Below the pieces are notes generated by a model. It made no database searches. It was not told the origin of the DNA and saw only the letters and a list, made by a program, of their open reading frames with translations. This document shows positions 61,075 to 64,000 of a stretch of 64,000 nt of DNA, one piece after another. This stretch comes from Camelus dromedarius. Its lineage: Eukaryota. The position numbers and the translations under genes were made by a program. Where the stretch lies: positions 24,988,001 through 25,052,000 of the forward strand of contig NC_087436.1 of the NCBI RefSeq assembly GCF_036321535.1, written 5' to 3'. Numbering within the stretch: position 1 is the stretch's first letter; each line of letters opens with the position of its first letter.

Positions 61075-64000
61075 ACAGATATACTGTTTCCTCCTACCTT
61101 TCTCCCCCTCCCCTGGCAACCACCATCCTACTAACTGTAGCTATGAGTTTAATTTTTTTTTTATGATTATGTAAGTGATACCATGTGGCATTTGTCCTTC
61201 TCTGTCTGGCCTATTTTGCTTAGCATAATGCCCTCCAGGTTCTTCTGTGTTGAAAGTGGCAGGATTTCTTTCCTTTTTAAGACTGAATAATATTCCATTG
61301 TGTGTGTGTCTGTGTGTCTGTGTGTGTGTATATATCACAGTTTGTTGATCCATTCATCTATCAAGGGACACTTAGGTTATTTCTATACCTTGGCTATTGT
61401 GGAAAATGCTGCAGTGAACATAGGAGTACAGATAACTCTCCAAGACAGTGACTTTATTTCCTCTGGATATATACTCAGAAATGGAATTGCTGAATTATGT
61501 AGCAGTTCTGTTTTTAATTTTTTGAGGAAACATGCTGTTTTCTGTAGTGGCTGTACAAATTTACATTCCCATCAACTGTGTACAGGGTTCTTTTTTCTCC
61601 TTATCCTCACCTGTATTTGTTATCTCTTGTCTCTTTGATAATGGACATTCCAACAGTGTGAAGTGATATCTTACCATTGTTTTGATTTTTCATTCCCCTG
61701 ATGATTAATAATGCTAAGCATCTTTTCATGTACATGTGGGCTATGTGTGTGCCTTCTTTGAAAAACTGTCTTCAGGTCCTTTGGCCATTTTTTTTTTTTT
61801 TTTTTTTTTTTAGTTTCTAAAACCACTATTATTTTACCCCAGAAATGTGGGAAGCCTAGCATCAGAATTAGGTAATTTACAAATAAATGTGCCCAATATT
61901 CTTTAATGACTTTTTAGCAACTTCTAAAACCCAACAGGGCCCAAGGCCACCTTCATTTAACAAAGTCAATAAAGCAGCTCTACTACTTCGGGTAATGGGT
62001 CTCCCTTCAGCCGTTTCTGACGCCTAATTCTGCTGAATGTCTGGTACACAATCTTGATCTTTCTGGGAGCACCCAGTCTCCGGTACTCTCACAGGACAAA
62101 GCAGGCGAGAAAGAGTGTTCCCTCAGAAATGCTCGGCCACGGTCAGAATGTGCCCAGAGCGGAAAGTCATGAGACAGCAGATCCTAAAGCACTGGCTCTC
62201 GCTCCCTAGGAGACAGTAAGGCAACAGAGACCTACCCTTCACTTGTCTGGACTAGAGGCTCTCACTCAGGACTTCACAGTGTGCAAAGAAAAACCGCCGT
62301 GCACTTTCTAAATCTGCTAAATATTACAATGTCCTGTTCCAGGATGTCCTGAGAACAATTCCGAGAGACTACTGATGCTGCAACCACAAAAAGTCACCAA
62401 ACAAAAAATTAAAACACATCATTAAAACCGAAGAAAGCAAATCACCTGATGAAGACAACCCAATGGCTCCAAGGCCAGCCCACACTGACATGTCTATACA
62501 TGTCAAAACCCTTTTATAATTTTCCTTTTGTCTCGGAACTCTTAAAATTTTGAAATTTGAGATGGGGGAGGTAACTAATTTACCTTTTGAGTCAGCATAT
62601 GTTATTTCTCCCAATATTAGGTCCCCAAAAGGTAAAGACTGTCCAAGACTGCTTTGGCCATTTTTTGAATTGAGTTATTTGCTGAGTGGTTGCTGAGTAT
62701 ACATATAAAATAAATAAAATCTATTTTTAATTTTCTGAGAAAGTTTCATCCTGTTTTCTATAGTGGCTGTACAAATTTACAGCCACTTTTAATCTATTTT
62801 GAGTTCATTTTTTGTGAGTGGTGTAAGATGGGGACCAATTTTATTCTTTTGCGTATGAATATCCAGTTTTCCCAAAACCATTTATTGAAGAGATTATCTT
62901 TCCCCATTGAGTATTCTTGGCTCCCTTGTCAAATATTTGTTGACTGTTTATGTGTGGGTTTATTCCTGGGCTCTCAATTCTGTTTCATTGGTCTGTGTAT
63001 CTGTCTTTATGCCAGTATCATATAATTTTGATTACTATAGCTTTATATTAAAGTTTTAAATCAGGAAGTATGCTGCCTCCAGTTTTGTCCTTCTCTCCCA
63101 GAATTGCTTTGACTATTTAGGGTCTTTTGTGGTTTCCTATGAAATTTAAGATTGTTTTTTCTATATCTGAGAATATGCCCTTGGAATTTTGATAGGGTTT
63201 ACATTGAATCTATAGATGGCTTTGGGTAGAATGGACATTTTAACAGCATTAATTTTTCTGATCCATGAATACAGGCTATCTTTCCATTTTTGTGTCTTCT
63301 TCAATCTCTTTCACCAATGTCTCGTAATTTCCAGTATATAGATCTTTCATTTCCTTTGATAAATGTATTCCTAAGTATTATTATTTTGATATGTTATGAT
63401 TGGAATTGCTTTCTTGATTTCTTTTCCAGATAATTAGTTGTTAATATATAGAAATGCGGCGGGTTTGTGTATGTTGTTTTTGTATCCTGCAACTTGACTG
63501 AATTTGTTCATTAGTTCTAACAGTTGTTTCTGTGTGTGTGTGTGGAGTCTAGTTTTCTATATATAAGATCATATCATCTGCAGTCAGAGACTACTTTACT
63601 TTTTCCTTTCAGATTTGGATGATTTTTATTTCTTCTTCTTGCCTAGAGTTGCACTAGAGTTTTAATACTGTGTTGAATAGAACTAGTCAGAGGGGGGACC
63701 CATTTGTCTTATTCCCGATCTTAGTGGGAAATCGTTTAACTTCTCACCATTGAGTATGATAAATGTGTTTGTTATATATGCACTTTGTTAGATTGAGACA
63801 CATTTCATCTATACCTAATTTGTTGATGGTTATAAAGGATGTTGAATTTTGGCAAATGATTTTACTGCATCTATTGATACATAATTTTTATCTTTCACTT
63901 AGTTATTATAGTGTATTACATTGATTTGCAGATGTTGAACCATCCTTACATCCCAGAAATAAATCTCACTTAATCATTGTGTATGTCCTTTTAATGTACT
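61075..64000 (-). mobile_element. Older L1 (3'UTR plus degraded ORF2), running off the window end and interrupted by a retro-insertion
   Basis: Reverse-strand L1 ORF2 motifs, e.g. atcatatcatctgca (ADDMI) at ~63570 and ttgaaccatcc (GWFN) at ~63935; many stops and indels. Confidence 0.9.
61794..62651 (-). pseudogene. L1-mediated retro-insertion of non-repeat sequence (5'-truncated processed pseudogene, 3'UTR only, or orphan transduction)
   Basis: T24 at 61788-61811; exact 15-bp TSD ctttggccatttttt at 61779-61793 and 62652-62666; insert is unlike L1 and splits the host L1. Confidence 0.85.

Noticed and set aside
1..64000. CRISPR array, tRNA/rRNA genes, operons or prokaryotic defence systems
   Set aside because: None seen; the DNA is mammalian and the only reverse transcriptase is LINE-1 ORF2.

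Overview
AT-rich, repeat-dense mammalian genomic DNA; there is no prokaryotic, phage or CRISPR content. The L1 style and the absence of recognisable Alu, B1, BovB/Bov-tA, PRE-1 or SINEC elements point to a laurasiatherian, most likely a camelid (inference). The dominant feature is a young full-length LINE-1 on + (15375-22503). It has a CpG-rich 5'UTR, ORF1, a 400-nt inter-ORF spacer, ORF2 (EN, RT, CCHC), a poly(A) signal and a TSD, and is broken by only three small frameshifts. The rest is 5'-truncated L1s with TSDs, four ERV1-type solo LTRs, MaLR/MLT LTRs, L2/MIR relics and hAT MITEs. The window probably lies in long introns of an unidentified + strand gene: there is a candidate 33-nt exon at 23349-23381 and a candidate coding alternative first exon at 32739-32864. 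The most notable non-routine items are (1) a splice acceptor plus a 75-aa ORF in the L1 spacer whose stop overlaps the ORF2 start, and (2) an ~860-bp TSD-flanked, poly(A)-tailed non-repeat retro-insertion nested in an old L1. Repeat family names come from recall of consensus motifs, not a database search; boundaries without a TSD are approximate.
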